A stretch of DNA of 63,116 nucleotides, filler included, from Rhabdomonas costata (Eukaryota): NCBI GenBank assembly GCA_019059605.1. It is 38 parts of 38 records of this genome, joined end to end, with 100 filler letters (N's around TTAATTAATTAA, not from the genome) between each part and the next. Parts side by side here need not be neighbours in the genome. Positions count along the whole stretch, not along the records: positions 59,893 to 61,454 come from JAHMHO010013011.1; positions 61,555 to 63,116 come from JAHMHO010013012.1; 36 more parts are not named here. One strand, given 5' to 3'. Positions 61,275-63,116 of this stretch are shown here, piece by piece (the first letter of the stretch is position 1; each line of letters starts with the position of its first letter). The position numbers and the translations under genes were made by a program. The notes beneath the pieces are model-generated. The model had not been told where the DNA came from. It did not search any database and was given only the letters and a program-made list of their open reading frames with translations.

Positions 61275-63116
61275 CTGGGAAGCAAAAGCCCGATGGGTGT
61301 ACAGGGAAGGGGGGCACCGGAACTTTGGAACCATTTTCCCACATAAAACTCGGAAAAATTAACCCAAAAAGATCCAAGGTGGGCAGCTGAGTCGGGGGGT
61401 TGTGCTAGACGACCTAGACTTATCAAATCAAACCACACCACACACACCCACCACNNNNNNNNNNNNNNNNNNNNNNNNNNNNNNNNNNNNNNNNNNNNTT
61501 AATTAATTAANNNNNNNNNNNNNNNNNNNNNNNNNNNNNNNNNNNNNNNNNNNNGTGGGTGTTTGTTCTCTTGATTTCCACCACGAACGCAAAATCTGGA
61601 AGCAGAGTAAAATGTTTTTACTAACACTGTTCACAAAAAAATTTTGCACACACAACGTTGGTTGAGTTTATTTTGTTGTGGTTTGACTTTATGCAAAAGC
61701 GGCTGTTGGTTGAATTAAGTTTTGTAAGTTTGGGGCGCAAATCGCGAACCATACACTCGCAGAAAAACAAAATCCTTCCACAATGTCCAATTGAACAGCA
61801 TCCCCATCCCGCAACCACTGTGCTACTTTAAAGCGCGTTTCTCTAGAGACACCGATACAGAAAAAGGTGCGTTAAATGAGTTCACCTGCTCTTGATTGCC
61901 TACCTTGTTTGTCTTGTGTTTCTTGCTGTTCACCGTTGTTAAGACGAAAAGAACGTGGTATCAAATTAGACCTACTGATGTTGTAAGGTGGCGCATTAGG
62001 GGGTTAAGGGGTTATTTTTGACCGCACTGTTTGCGCAGTTGTCTAAGGTTAGTCCAGCGTCAGCGAAGTTTCCTGTCCAGTTTTGTTTGCCATTTTTCTA
62101 TCATGCACCGCACTGGAAAAAAGCGCTTTCCACCTCGAGCCGGAAGAAAACATACACCCAAACCATTCCATACCACACCTTACTTTGGCTTCCACACCAG
62201 AAGATACTAGTAGGCTCCAAGATCACCCCAAAATCAGCTGACCACGCCTAAGTAAAGAACATTCTTAACAAGCAACGCCTTTAGTTGACAAAATCATTGA
62301 ATTCAACGCCAGACAAAATCGGGACATCCATTAGAGGTTCCTCACAGTGTTTCTGGCAATATACTACACACCTCAGCAAACAGAGGCCGTACCAACCGCA
62401 GAAAGTCCAACAACCATAGTGCATTTGCACGAATAAACACATTTCCAACCAGCGCGACTGGAAAGGTTGACGTTCTTGGTTTGATTGCACAACCTGAAAC
62501 AGATTTCGAGCTCCAAAGACCTCAGCAACGCGACATACATCATATTTGCCATATTGGCACATGTTGTTGTATGCGGCTTCAAAGGCTGCACTGTTGACTT
62601 ATGGAGCTGTAACAATAAATCCACAATGAAAGTGGATATTGTCGTTCAGTGGACAATTTCAGATGGCAGCAACCGGCTGAAACTCGTTATTATTGTTCCT
62701 CCTGAATAAAATGGTATTCTATGAGGACGTTTTACTCAAATGAAGTAGTCTTCTGGAATTGTAGACATAGAGGTCATTGTGCAAGCGCTTGTCCAGATAT
62801 TTGTAGCAAACAACCAAGCAGCAGCAATAGGACACATATCCATCACTATTTCCTTGTTGTTCTCATATCTCCAGACTTTTCAACCAAACCACCAAACTGA
62901 ACTTGGCTGCAATTCCACTTCCACCTCCCACACTTTCACCCCAGCCCTCGATCCCACCACCATCCTATAATCACGCACAACCTTGTCAAACCTGTTGTGC
63001 GTAATTAATCCACAAGCCAGTTAATGGACTCCAGCTTAAGATCTACATGCCCTGACCAAGCACTATGTGGCACCCGTGCAAGATAATGGTAATCATTACC
63101 CTTTACAACCACAAAC

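Noticed and set aside
1563-61554. Regularly spaced TTAATTAATTAA as a CRISPR-like or biological repeat
   Set aside because: Always embedded in exactly 44+44 Ns, so it is a synthetic six-frame-stop linker.
1-63116. Gene neighbourhoods (cyclases + kinase + LRR + TPR) as a single system
   Set aside because: The genes are on separate, length-sorted contigs, so adjacency is artificial.
1-63116. rRNA, tRNA or CRISPR arrays
   Set aside because: None recognised on either strand by eye. tRNAscan-SE, barrnap or Rfam scans would be needed to exclude them formally.

Overview
This window is not one locus. It is 38 unrelated contigs of about 1.56 kb each, joined by an artificial 100-nt linker (N44-TTAATTAATTAA-N44), so synteny across linkers is meaningless. 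Most contigs start with about 10 G/T-only bases and end with about 10 A/C-only bases, which suggests degenerate-primer whole-genome amplification. The DNA is from an intron-rich eukaryote using GT-AG introns and the standard code; a euglenozoan/euglenid-like protist is my inference. Recognisable exon sets: mitochondrial phosphate carrier, RBBP4/MSI1-like protein, three class III nucleotide cyclases, a tandem-WWE protein, IPT/TIG and Ig-like surface proteins, clathrin heavy chain, a Ser/Thr kinase, a purine phosphoribosyltransferase, PH, F-box, ankyrin/TPR and LRR proteins, and sterol 24-C-methyltransferase. Mobile DNA: a non-LTR reverse transcriptase with one in-frame stop, a decayed Ty3/Gypsy integrase, and several inverted repeats. 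The best novelty candidate is a complete two-exon gene (33805-34398, minus strand, 118 aa) resembling the CBF-beta (Runx partner) fold. Other candidates: a CxCxxC tail on the phosphate carrier, an archaeal-looking PRTase, 26-28 nt micro-introns, and a densely hairpinned repeat at 18318-18830. All homology calls are from motif recognition by eye; no searches were run.
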